The position numbers and the translations under genes were made by a program. The notes below the pieces were generated by a model, which did not search any database, was not told the DNA's origin, and saw only the letters and a list, made by a program, of their open reading frames with translations. Of a stretch of DNA of 64,000 nucleotides, positions 12,808 through 21,272 are shown piece after piece; the first letter of the stretch is position 1; each line of letters starts with the position of its first letter. This DNA is from an uncultured Gammaproteobacteria bacterium (GTDB taxonomy: Bacteria > Pseudomonadota > Gammaproteobacteria > UBA9214). The stretch spans positions 96,381 through 160,380 of the forward strand of contig CAVWDM010000016.1 of NCBI GenBank assembly GCA_963753755.1, in the 5' to 3' direction.

Positions 12808-14146
12808 GACGGCATACCTGGCGTGCGATGAGCCCAGCCGACTGTTCGTCGAGAATCTGTATGAGCGTACGACTGCGGCTTGCCAGCAGGGTATGTGAAA
12901 ACAGCAGTGGTATGGCGACAATCAATCCCAGCACCGTGGTGACCAGGGCCTGGGAAATGCCACCGGCCATGAGTTTCGGGTCGCCGGTGCCAAACAGGGT
13001 GATCGACTGGAAGGTCAGGATCATGCCGGTGACAGTACCCAGCAGTCCCAGTAGCGGTGCGACAGCCGCCAGTAGTTTCAACAAGCCAAGTCCGCGCTGC
13101 AATGCCGGTGTTTCTCTCAGGATTGCTTCGTCCAGTACCAGCTCGATGGCGTCGATGTCACGTTCGCCGGCGTCTTCGGCAGCCAGCAGTACCCGCCCGA
13201 GCGGGTTGTTATCACGGGCTTTACCGGGGTCAGCCAGTTGTTTTTTCACACGGCGGGCCACGCGTCCGAGAGCGCTGAGACGCAGTAGCACCAGCAGCAG
13301 TCCGAACACGCCGATGCTGAGGATGATGTAGCCGATGGCGCCGCCTTGCTGAACCCGTTCAGGCAGGGTAGGAGTTTTTGTCAGCATGCTGAGCAAACCG
13401 CCACGCGTTGGGTCAATAATCATCGGCGCATAGCCGCTAGCCTGGCCGGTAAAGGATGCCGCCAGCTTTTGCAACCGTCCCCCGGGTTGCCTGGAAAGCA
13501 CAGTAAAATGATTTATCTCCGGCTGAAAATGCAGGTACTGCCCATCCGCAATCGCGGTAAATACGCTGATTCGAATGACTTCACGCGGCTCGGTGACGCC
13601 GTCAGTATTGGTGACCTGTGCCTTGAAGCGACTCACCTGGCCTGACTGGATGATTTCCTGCTGCAGCAGCAGCCAGAAACGTTCCAGCTCGGTAATACTG
13701 GGTAGTTGCTTGCTTTTCGCCAGGATATCGAGCCATTCCGCGCGTTCAGGGTACTGTGCACTTACCAGTGAATCACGCAGCAGTGCCTGCAGGTCACCGG
13801 CAGTGTGCCTGACCGTTCCAAACAATTCACCGAGGTTACCGGAGCGGGTATTCAGTTCTGCTTGCAGTGTCTGCAGTGTCTCTTCATTGTCAGCATGCTG
13901 TTGCCTGAGTTGCTCTCCGCGATCACGTTCGGCGGCCACCCTGGCCCGCAATTCCGCCAGCAGAGCCTTCTGATCGGCGTTTTCCGCGAGGAAGCGCTGC
14001 TCTCGTTCCTTGCGAATACGTGCATCCTGCTTGTGTGCGACCTCTACCTGACGCAGCAGGTGATCGAGGCTGCTGGGATGATCGGCGCTGGCGAGCGTGC
14101 TACAGACAGCCAGCAGCAGGAACAGACCCGTCTTCAGCCTATTCAT
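12800..14146 (-). CDS. Large MotA/TolQ/ExbB-family protein with a long N-terminal periplasmic coiled-coil extension (TtpC-like).
   Basis: Start trimmed to MNRLKTGLFLLLAVCSTLASA (signal peptide). C-terminal ExbB-like TM domain (LGLLGTVTGMILTFQSI). Confidence 0.8.
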   Translation of the reverse strand: MNRLKTGLFLLLAVCSTLASADHPSSLDHLLRQVEVAHKQDARIRKEREQRFLAENADQKALLAELRARVAAERDRGEQLRQQHADNEETLQTLQAELNTRSGNLGELFGTVRHTAGDLQALLRDSLVSAQYPERAEWLDILAKSKQLPSITELERFWLLLQQEIIQSGQVSRFKAQVTNTDGVTEPREVIRISVFTAIADGQYLHFQPEINHFTVLSRQPGGRLQKLAASFTGQASGYAPMIIDPTRGGLLSMLTKTPTLPERVQQGGAIGYIILSIGVFGLLLVLLRLSALGRVARRVKKQLADPGKARDNNPLGRVLLAAEDAGERDIDAIELVLDEAILRETPALQRGLGLLKLLAAVAPLLGLLGTVTGMILTFQSITLFGTGDPKLMAGGISQALVTTVLGLIVAIPLLFSHTLLASRSRTLIQILDEQSAGLIARQVCRRD

Positions 14147-14948
14147 CGCCATCACCGGCGGCTGTGACCGGTAACTCGAGCAGTTCCGGTGCCAGTTGCT
14201 GACTGGCGATGCGCAGGCCTCGCTGGATGGCGCGCCGCTGTGCGCTATCGGCGGGAATCCATGCCTTTTGCCGGTTGTTCCAGTAGGCCGCGGCTTGTCG
14301 GTCGAGCGTCTGGTAGTACAAGCCGGTTCGTCCGACCCTGAGGACATCAACGGTGCGCAGTACGCCGTCGACCGGCAGTTCTTCCTGGCTGGCTTCCAGA
14401 GTGCGGCTGTAATCGAGCTCGATCTGGTAGGCTTCCAGAATGCGCCGGTATTTTTCCGCCAGCGTTATGTCTGCACGATCCATGAGATCGGTTAACTGTT
14501 GTACGCGGCTGCTGCGTTCGGCGAGCAGAAAGGGACGATCGGTGCTGATAAACGTCTCCAGCTGTTCGATCATGCGCAACATCAGGGGTACGATCTGCTC
14601 CCGGGTGAGATCGATATCCTCTATCTGTTGCGCGATCAGCAGTTTTTCCTCTGCCTGGGAGTCGACCAGTCGCTGCATCTGGTCGTTGTAGACGGTCAGG
14701 CCATCGAGTTCGCGGCTCAGGGCCTGGTATTCACCGAGCAGGGTTTGTGTTTCTTCACTGAGCTCGTCGATGTGTCTTTGCGTGCGCTGTTCACTGTGGA
14801 TGTTGTCCTCGCTTTTGGATAACACCTTTTCGACCGCGTCTGCGGCTGCCAGCGGTATTGGCAGCATGGCAGCACAGAACGCAAGTACCGGTACGGCATG
14901 TCGCATCGACAACAGCTTCAGCTTCATGCGCACCGTACTCACTCGCAT
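14139..14948 (-). CDS. DUF3450-type periplasmic coiled-coil protein, first gene of the TonB2-type cluster.
   Basis: Signal peptide and a coiled-coil-rich sequence. Position and size are typical. The start may instead be at 14927. Confidence 0.65.
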   Translation of the reverse strand: MRVSTVRMKLKLLSMRHAVPVLAFCAAMLPIPLAAADAVEKVLSKSEDNIHSEQRTQRHIDELSEETQTLLGEYQALSRELDGLTVYNDQMQRLVDSQAEEKLLIAQQIEDIDLTREQIVPLMLRMIEQLETFISTDRPFLLAERSSRVQQLTDLMDRADITLAEKYRRILEAYQIELDYSRTLEASQEELPVDGVLRTVDVLRVGRTGLYYQTLDRQAAAYWNNRQKAWIPADSAQRRAIQRGLRIASQQLAPELLELPVTAAGDGDE

Positions 14949-14956
14949 CGACCTGG

Positions 14957-17065
14957 CTAGTTGAAGCGGTATTGCAGGGTGGCGTAGTAATTTCGGCCCG
15001 CACCGGGAACCCGTTCACCAACGGGGACGTCCGAGTCCGTTACCCGGTTGATACCGGACAGGTGGTTCTGGTATTGCTTGTCGAAGATATTCTCGACGCC
15101 CACATTGACCGAGAGGTTGCGCATCACTTCGATACCACCACGCAGGTTCGCCAGGCCGTAGCCGGCGGATTCGGTTTCATCGTTGGTCTTCGAGACGTCA
15201 TTCTGCCGAGCGTAGGCCACAGCTTCGAGGCCGACCCACCAGTTCGCGCGGTTGTAGGACAACGTGGCGCTGCCGTTGAGTGGTGCGATACGGTAGAGGT
15301 TGTCATTGATGTCGTCGCGTTTACCTCGCACATAGCTGATTACACCGTCGAGCGACCAGTGGCTGCTCAGGGAAGCACCCCAACCCATATCAATGCCATA
15401 GAGCTTGGCATCAACGTTGCTCCATTGCAGTGGATTGGGATCACCATTTGCGGTGCTGACCATGATCACCGTGGGGTCGGTAGCGGGTGTTCCCTGGATA
15501 TAGTTATCGACGTAACGGTAGAATACCCGTGGTGTGAGATAGCCCCTTGGTGTGTTCCAGTCCAGCCCGAGGCCGGCCTCGTAGGCAGTTTCCTTGTCAA
15601 GATCAATATCGCCGACATAGTTGTGCCCGTCCGCCAGGCCATTGGTGGCTTGCAGCGGTACCCACAGGTAGAGCTGCTGGTAGGACGGTGCGCGGTTCTT
15701 GATACCCGCCTCGATATTGAATCCCAGCTGTGGTGAGTAGGCGTAGTCCAGCCGGCTCATCAGGTCAAAATTATTCTGGTTGTTGTCCTTGTCCGCGTCG
15801 TTGAATTGGGTCTGCAGCGTGTTGATCGCCGGATTCATGCCGGCCATAAAATGGGAAACGTCCCCGGACGAGCTATTCACCCGCGTATAGCGTCCGCCGA
15901 GTAACAATCCCCAGTCGCTGGCAATGCTACCGTCCCACTCGGCAAACGCGCCAAAGGCATCGCGCTTGACGTCGTTAAATCCCTCCACATAGAAGTTCGG
16001 GTTGTTTATGGGATCGGTTATGGTGGCATCGTGTTTATCGAACTGCCCATCCGTGCCCAGCAGCAGACGCCCCGTGCCCAGCGCAAAGCCGACATCGGCG
16101 CGATACCCCAGACCGTCACTGGTTGTGTAGTTCTCGCGGGTCATCATCGGCATGGGCGGATTGCGCAGGCTGTAGTTGTTCATCTTGTGTTCGACATCAT
16201 TATAGAACACCTGGCCGTGCACATCGTAAGCACCGAAGGCTCCGTTGTATTCGGATTGATAAATATCGGTATCGATATATATGATGTCCATCGGTAGTGA
16301 TGGTGTGCCGGTATCGTTGGTGCGGTTCTGTCGATAATCTAGGCCGATTTCCTGGCCGTTGTCCTGGAAGCCATAGCCGATACCGCCGTTCTTGCGATCG
16401 TATTCAGAAGGCGTTACCTTGCCGTCAGGGATCTTGTAGTCATCGCCTTTTTCCTTCGATCCATAGACATGCATGCGGTGGTTCCTGTTGGCCATCGCGC
16501 CAAAAGCGCCCAGCGTGTAGGATGAATCAACTGTTGCGCCACCCAGTGAGACATCCGCACTCGGGATGAAGTTGTCTCCGCTGCCAAAATGGCTGGTTCT
16601 CGCCGTGGCCTTCATGGTGCCGCCTATGGTTTCCAGTCCGGTGCTGACCGGGGCGATGCCGCGTATCACTTCCAGTGACTCCAGTTGAGCACGGGGAATA
16701 TAGGACAGTGGCGGGTCCATACCGTTGGGGCCGCCCGTGTTGAGATGAATGCCATTCACCAGCACATTGATCCGGTCGCCATACATGCCACGGTACTGGG
16801 CGAGACCGGTCAGCGGGCCGTTGCGGTTAACGTTTGCCCCGGGTGCCCGTTCCAGCAGCGCGGCGGTATCCGCAGTGGTCAGCGGAGCCTGTTGCAGCTC
16901 TATCGGGAATATATCCGGGCCATCTGGTGTTTCTCCCTGTACCGTCATTTCCGGCAGTTGCTGGGCTTCCTCGGTCTCGGCGCTGGCGCATGGCGATACC
17001 CCTAGTGATGTTGCCAGTAGCCACCAGTTAACCTGCCTGGCGGCAAATTTTTTCTTGTACAGCAT
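14957..17065 (-). CDS. TonB-dependent outer-membrane receptor.
   Basis: Start trimmed to MLYKKKFAARQVNWWLLATSLGVSPCASA, with an AGGGAGA RBS. TonB-box/plug region (EMTVQG), and a beta-barrel sequence rich in Y, G and N. Confidence 0.85.
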   Translation of the reverse strand: MLYKKKFAARQVNWWLLATSLGVSPCASAETEEAQQLPEMTVQGETPDGPDIFPIELQQAPLTTADTAALLERAPGANVNRNGPLTGLAQYRGMYGDRINVLVNGIHLNTGGPNGMDPPLSYIPRAQLESLEVIRGIAPVSTGLETIGGTMKATARTSHFGSGDNFIPSADVSLGGATVDSSYTLGAFGAMANRNHRMHVYGSKEKGDDYKIPDGKVTPSEYDRKNGGIGYGFQDNGQEIGLDYRQNRTNDTGTPSLPMDIIYIDTDIYQSEYNGAFGAYDVHGQVFYNDVEHKMNNYSLRNPPMPMMTRENYTTSDGLGYRADVGFALGTGRLLLGTDGQFDKHDATITDPINNPNFYVEGFNDVKRDAFGAFAEWDGSIASDWGLLLGGRYTRVNSSSGDVSHFMAGMNPAINTLQTQFNDADKDNNQNNFDLMSRLDYAYSPQLGFNIEAGIKNRAPSYQQLYLWVPLQATNGLADGHNYVGDIDLDKETAYEAGLGLDWNTPRGYLTPRVFYRYVDNYIQGTPATDPTVIMVSTANGDPNPLQWSNVDAKLYGIDMGWGASLSSHWSLDGVISYVRGKRDDINDNLYRIAPLNGSATLSYNRANWWVGLEAVAYARQNDVSKTNDETESAGYGLANLRGGIEVMRNLSVNVGVENIFDKQYQNHLSGINRVTDSDVPVGERVPGAGRNYYATLQYRFN

Positions 17066-17214
17066 GATAATCTCCCTTGAATCGGTACTTTGTGCTATTT
17101 TTTTTAAAACATAGTTAACACTGCAAATGCTAGCAGGATGTACCCTTTCAGAGCATGTGACCAATTGTCGCACCCTGATGAGGACGGCTCGGTGACAGTG
17201 GATATGACGATACG

Positions 17215-18192
17215 ATGATGACGACAGCGCAGCAGAGCATTGCCCGTCAACGTGATGCGCTGGGTATTTTCCTGCAAATGCCATTGACGCAACTCGCAAC
17301 GGTCTGCGCACGCGTCTGGCCCGATCGCGGGGCGCTGGAAGTGGCATTGCGAGCCGGTCTCGAGACCTTGCCTTACTGCGACCATTTATTCATCATGAAT
17401 CTGCAGGGTGTGCAGATAACGGCGCAGATCGGTGCCGGTGGGGATGATACCCGCTACATCGGCCTGGATCGGTCACAGCGACCGTATATGAAGGATGTGC
17501 TGACAACGTCTGATTTTGTACTCACCGAAGCCTATATCAGCGAACACAAGAAGCGTCCCAGCATCACAGCGATGCTTAAGGTGAAGCAGGAAGGTATCCC
17601 TGCCGGCTATTTGAGTGCACATTTCGACCTGCGCGATCTGCCATTGACGGCGCCCCTTTACGAGGAATCAACGGTCTGGCGGCAGATGAAAGGGGATCCA
17701 TCGATACGTGGCACACTCTTTCTCCAGCAACGTTTTGAAAGCGTACTCGACCAGCACATTGAGACCGTCATTGCCGTGATCGAGGAATTGATTGTCGATC
17801 ACGGTGTCTTCCATTGCGAAATCCATTTTTCCAGCAATCGCGCTACCATGTGGAGCCAGACTGACCCGTTCCGCTACCATATACTGGCTATCGATGAACT
17901 GGTTGATCCAGACATTTGCCTGACATTTACGCGCAGTACGTATCCGGAATCAGCGGTGATACCTGCCACAAACATCCGCCACTTGCTGGAATCGTTTCGT
18001 GACCTGCGCTTTGCTGACGAGACGATTTACCTGCGCACTGCTTCACTGAATGTCTACAACGGACTGGTGGGGCTGACGTTCTCCTGCGATGGTTCTCACA
18101 GCATCTTCGCAGACGAATTCCTCGACAAAGGGCTTGAGTTCTGGGTTGGCCGCGCAGCAGCGGGAATAACGACTGTACCCGGTGCGTCTTGA
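17215..18192 (+). CDS. Hypothetical cytoplasmic protein, possibly with a PAS/Cache-like fold, sitting immediately upstream of the Anbu module.
   Basis: Clean 325-aa ORF with no TM or signal peptide. No family recognised. Confidence 0.5.
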   Translation: MMTTAQQSIARQRDALGIFLQMPLTQLATVCARVWPDRGALEVALRAGLETLPYCDHLFIMNLQGVQITAQIGAGGDDTRYIGLDRSQRPYMKDVLTTSDFVLTEAYISEHKKRPSITAMLKVKQEGIPAGYLSAHFDLRDLPLTAPLYEESTVWRQMKGDPSIRGTLFLQQRFESVLDQHIETVIAVIEELIVDHGVFHCEIHFSSNRATMWSQTDPFRYHILAIDELVDPDICLTFTRSTYPESAVIPATNIRHLLESFRDLRFADETIYLRTASLNVYNGLVGLTFSCDGSHSIFADEFLDKGLEFWVGRAAAGITTVPGAS

Positions 18193-18297
18193 ACATCAGA
18201 CGTGACGCAGGCCTGCCATGAGGCGCGCAGCGGGATTCACGATCATCGTCTTGCAACCGTGTGCCTGTCCCCGCCTGCGCACCAAGCAGGTAGTGCA

Positions 18298-19206
18298 ATG
18301 ACTGTCCGCGTGGCCATGCACCACCAGACCGAGTACCGCTTTGACCGGCTGGTGACACTGGGGCCGCATATTCTGCGGCTGCGTCCGGCGCCGCACTGCC
18401 GGACGTCAATCCTGTCCTATTCGCTGAACATTCAGCCTGAGCACTATTTCATCAACTGGCAACAGGATCCCTTCGGTAACTTCCAGGCGCGCGTGGTCTT
18501 CACGGACAGGATGCGGCTGTTGCGCATCGATGTTGACCTGGTTGCTGAAATGGCCGCTATCAACCCATTCGATTTTTTTGTAGAGGAAAGAGCCGAATAC
18601 TGGCCTTTCGAATACGAGGCGAAATTACGGCATGATCTGATGCTCTATCTGGAACGTGAAGATGCCGGACCAGAACTGCGCAACTGGCTGGCGCAGCTGT
18701 CGCATGAGCGCACCAATACCATTGAGTTTCTGGTTGCCCTCAATGGCCGCCTGCAACAGGCTATTCACTACCAGCAGCGCATGGAGCCCGGATACCAGAG
18801 TTGCGAGGAGACGCTGGCAAAGACCTCGGGCTCCTGCCGCGATACAGCGTGGCTGCTGGTGCAGGTTCTGCGCCATCTTGGCATCGCCGCGCGTTTTGTG
18901 TCCGGCTACCTGATCCAGCTGGCGCCGGATACCCCCAGCCGTGACGGGCCGTCCGCTGCGCAACAGGACACCACCGATCTGCACGCCTGGGTGGAAGTTT
19001 ACCTACCCGGTGCCGGCTGGATCGGGCTCGATCCGACCTCGGGGATGTTCGCCGGTGAGGGGCACATCCCGCTATTCTGTACCCCCGATGCCGGCAGTGG
19101 CGCGCCGGTCAGTGGTAGCGGCGATGTATGTGAAACAGGGCTTTATTATCACAATCGCGTTACCCGCATCCGCGAGGGTGCGCATGGCAGCAAACCCGGT
19201 AGTTAA
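18298..19206 (+). CDS. Transglutaminase-like cysteine protease-fold protein with a Bact_transglu_N-type N-terminus.
   Basis: Start at MTVRVAMHHQTEYRFD. Predicted catalytic Cys in GSCRDTAWL, His in DLHAWVEVY and Asp in GLDPTSG. Confidence 0.85.
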   Translation: MTVRVAMHHQTEYRFDRLVTLGPHILRLRPAPHCRTSILSYSLNIQPEHYFINWQQDPFGNFQARVVFTDRMRLLRIDVDLVAEMAAINPFDFFVEERAEYWPFEYEAKLRHDLMLYLEREDAGPELRNWLAQLSHERTNTIEFLVALNGRLQQAIHYQQRMEPGYQSCEETLAKTSGSCRDTAWLLVQVLRHLGIAARFVSGYLIQLAPDTPSRDGPSAAQQDTTDLHAWVEVYLPGAGWIGLDPTSGMFAGEGHIPLFCTPDAGSGAPVSGSGDVCETGLYYHNRVTRIREGAHGSKPGS

Positions 19207-19354
19207 TACCTGCGATGAAGGGGGTTTTGTCCAGATTTACAACGCTTTCCCCGTCAAGAACTTAGCGGATCGCTAAAACATGTGTTGACGGCGACTGTCC
19301 ACACTTCCTACCATACAGACAGCTTGCGGCGCTCGCCGCGCGAGGTTGTTGAAT

Positions 19355-20116
19355 ATGACGTATTGTGTTGCAGTTAGAGTTGATGAAGGCTTGGTGTTTG
19401 TCTCGGATTCGCGCACCAATGCCGGTATCGACCGTTTAAGTACCTATAGCAAAATGTTCACATTCGGACGTGATGGTGAACGTTCGTTTGTGGTACTCAC
19501 GGCCGGTAATCTGGCCACCACGCAGTCCGTCATTTCCCAGATCAAGCGCGATATCAAGCAAAAGAATGTCCCCAATCTGATGACGGTCGAGAACATGACC
19601 GAAGCCGCCGAGTACGTCGGACAGTTGAGCGCATCCCAGCAGCAGAAGCACAGTACAGCGACGGCCGGAGGCGGCTTTGATGCCAGTGCCAGCTTTATAC
19701 TCGGTGGCCAGATCAGCGGCGGTTCACATCGAGTGTTCATGATCTATCCGCAAGGCAATTTCATAACGGCAACTGCAGAGAATCCCTACCAGCAGATCGG
19801 TGAGATCAAATATGGCAAACCGGTCCTGGATCGCATCATCATGCGCGACACCAGTCTCGAGGAAGCTGCGCTCGCGGCTCTGGTTTCGATGGATTCCACG
19901 ATGCGCTCCAATGCGACCGTGGGACCACCACTCGACGTGCTGATTTATGCGAAAGACAGTTTAAGCCTGAATCGTCATTTCATATTGCAGGCTGACGACC
20001 CCTACCTGCTCGAGATCAAGGCGGCCTGGGACGAGAAGCTCAAGGAAGCTTTTGCGGAACTCAGACGAGTTAACTGGAACGAGCCGACGTCCGTGTCAGT
20101 CGCCGACGAAGATTAA
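19355..20116 (+). CDS. Anbu, a proteasome-type Ntn-hydrolase homologue.
   Basis: Begins MTYCVAVRVDEGLVFVSDSRTNAG, so Thr2 is the predicted N-terminal nucleophile. About 250 aa, the size typical of Anbu. Confidence 0.85.
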   Translation: MTYCVAVRVDEGLVFVSDSRTNAGIDRLSTYSKMFTFGRDGERSFVVLTAGNLATTQSVISQIKRDIKQKNVPNLMTVENMTEAAEYVGQLSASQQQKHSTATAGGGFDASASFILGGQISGGSHRVFMIYPQGNFITATAENPYQQIGEIKYGKPVLDRIIMRDTSLEEAALAALVSMDSTMRSNATVGPPLDVLIYAKDSLSLNRHFILQADDPYLLEIKAAWDEKLKEAFAELRRVNWNEPTSVSVADED

Positions 20117-20326
20117 CCCGATGATTGAATTAATATTACTGTAGAAACGGCGTCACCTGCAGGGATGTAGGTGAGGGGCGTGAGCAGGACGCGGAAGTTT
20201 CTCGCCGCGCTTCGCGCCGGTGACGGTGCTCCTGCAGGGCTGAGCCAGAATCGCGGTATCGGTCATTATATTAATAAATACAGTAATTTACCACATACAG
20301 GAAACGTCTACTTGATCGCGGCGCTG

Positions 20327-21271
20327 TTACACCGCTTCCTGCAGATCGAGTGAGAACCAGGTAGCGGAAATCTGCTGGTGCAGGTTGCCGAATTCAAACT
20401 GCAGTTGGTCGATGAAGTCGTGCAGCCCCTCGGCGTGGAGTTTTTTCGTATCGGCTTCCGCCACCAGGCGCTGCAGACGCAACACCGCGCGCAGTGGTTC
20501 CTCGTTATGCGGCAAACTTTTCTCAAAGCAGGAGGCGATCTCGCCAAGCGTGTGCGCCACCGCACGTGGAAAAAGCATGTCCTTTAGCAGAAACGCCAGA
20601 ACCTGGTCTGGCTGGACCCGACGGCGGACGTACTGACGGTACATCTGGTGTGCGCTCAGCGAACGCAATACATAGGTCCAGAGACGATTTTCCAGGCGCT
20701 CCAGTTCCACACCGGGTGCGATCAGCGTTGTCGAGCCGACATCGATCATGCGCGTGGTCATGTCGGCACGTTCCAGATTGCGTCCCACGCGCACGAACTG
20801 GTAGGCCGGGCCATGGCTCATGGTGCCGGCCAGCAGCCCGGTGACCTGCTGGCAGCGCATCACGATTTCTGACAGAAACTCGTAGCGGTCCTTGGGGATT
20901 GTTTTTCCAGCGAGTTTTTTCCTTGCGAACAGGTACAGTTCATTGACGTGTTCCCAGCCCTCGCTGGGCACCAGGTCGCGGGTAGTGCGTATGTTTTCCC
21001 GCGCCATGGCCAGACTGGAGATTACCGAGCTGTGGGTGTCGGTGTCACTGAGCATGAACTTGATAACATTGCGTTCACCGGAGGTGCGGTAGTTCCTGTC
21101 GTAGTGATCGTGCGCGCCACTGACATCCACCAGTTGTCGCCAGTTGAGCCCGACCCCGTTGGGGAGGTCCAGCATCATGTTGGAATATACCTTCACCAGC
21201 CGGGCAGTGTTCTCGGCGCGTTCCAGATAGCGTGCCGTCCAGTACAGTCGTTCCGCTACGCGCGATAACAT
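20327..21271 (-). CDS. Alpha-E domain protein.
   Basis: Start at MLSRVAERLYWTARYLERAENTARL, the conserved alpha-E N-terminus. Its ATG abuts the stop of the upstream ATP-grasp gene. Confidence 0.85.
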   Translation of the reverse strand: MLSRVAERLYWTARYLERAENTARLVKVYSNMMLDLPNGVGLNWRQLVDVSGAHDHYDRNYRTSGERNVIKFMLSDTDTHSSVISSLAMARENIRTTRDLVPSEGWEHVNELYLFARKKLAGKTIPKDRYEFLSEIVMRCQQVTGLLAGTMSHGPAYQFVRVGRNLERADMTTRMIDVGSTTLIAPGVELERLENRLWTYVLRSLSAHQMYRQYVRRRVQPDQVLAFLLKDMLFPRAVAHTLGEIASCFEKSLPHNEEPLRAVLRLQRLVAEADTKKLHAEGLHDFIDQLQFEFGNLHQQISATWFSLDLQEAV

Positions 21272-21272
21272 C

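Noticed and set aside
19280-19320. A possible sigma-70 promoter (TTGACG, about 18 nt, TACCAT) upstream of the Anbu gene.
   Set aside because: It is a plausible but weak match. The gene may equally be co-transcribed with the upstream transglutaminase gene, so it is not listed as a feature.
20125-20175. A hairpin-like sequence (GTCACCTGCAGGGATGTAGGTGAGG) between the convergent Anbu and alpha-E genes, considered as a terminator.
   Set aside because: The stem is imperfect and there is no flanking T-run or A-run. I cannot support it as an intrinsic terminator.
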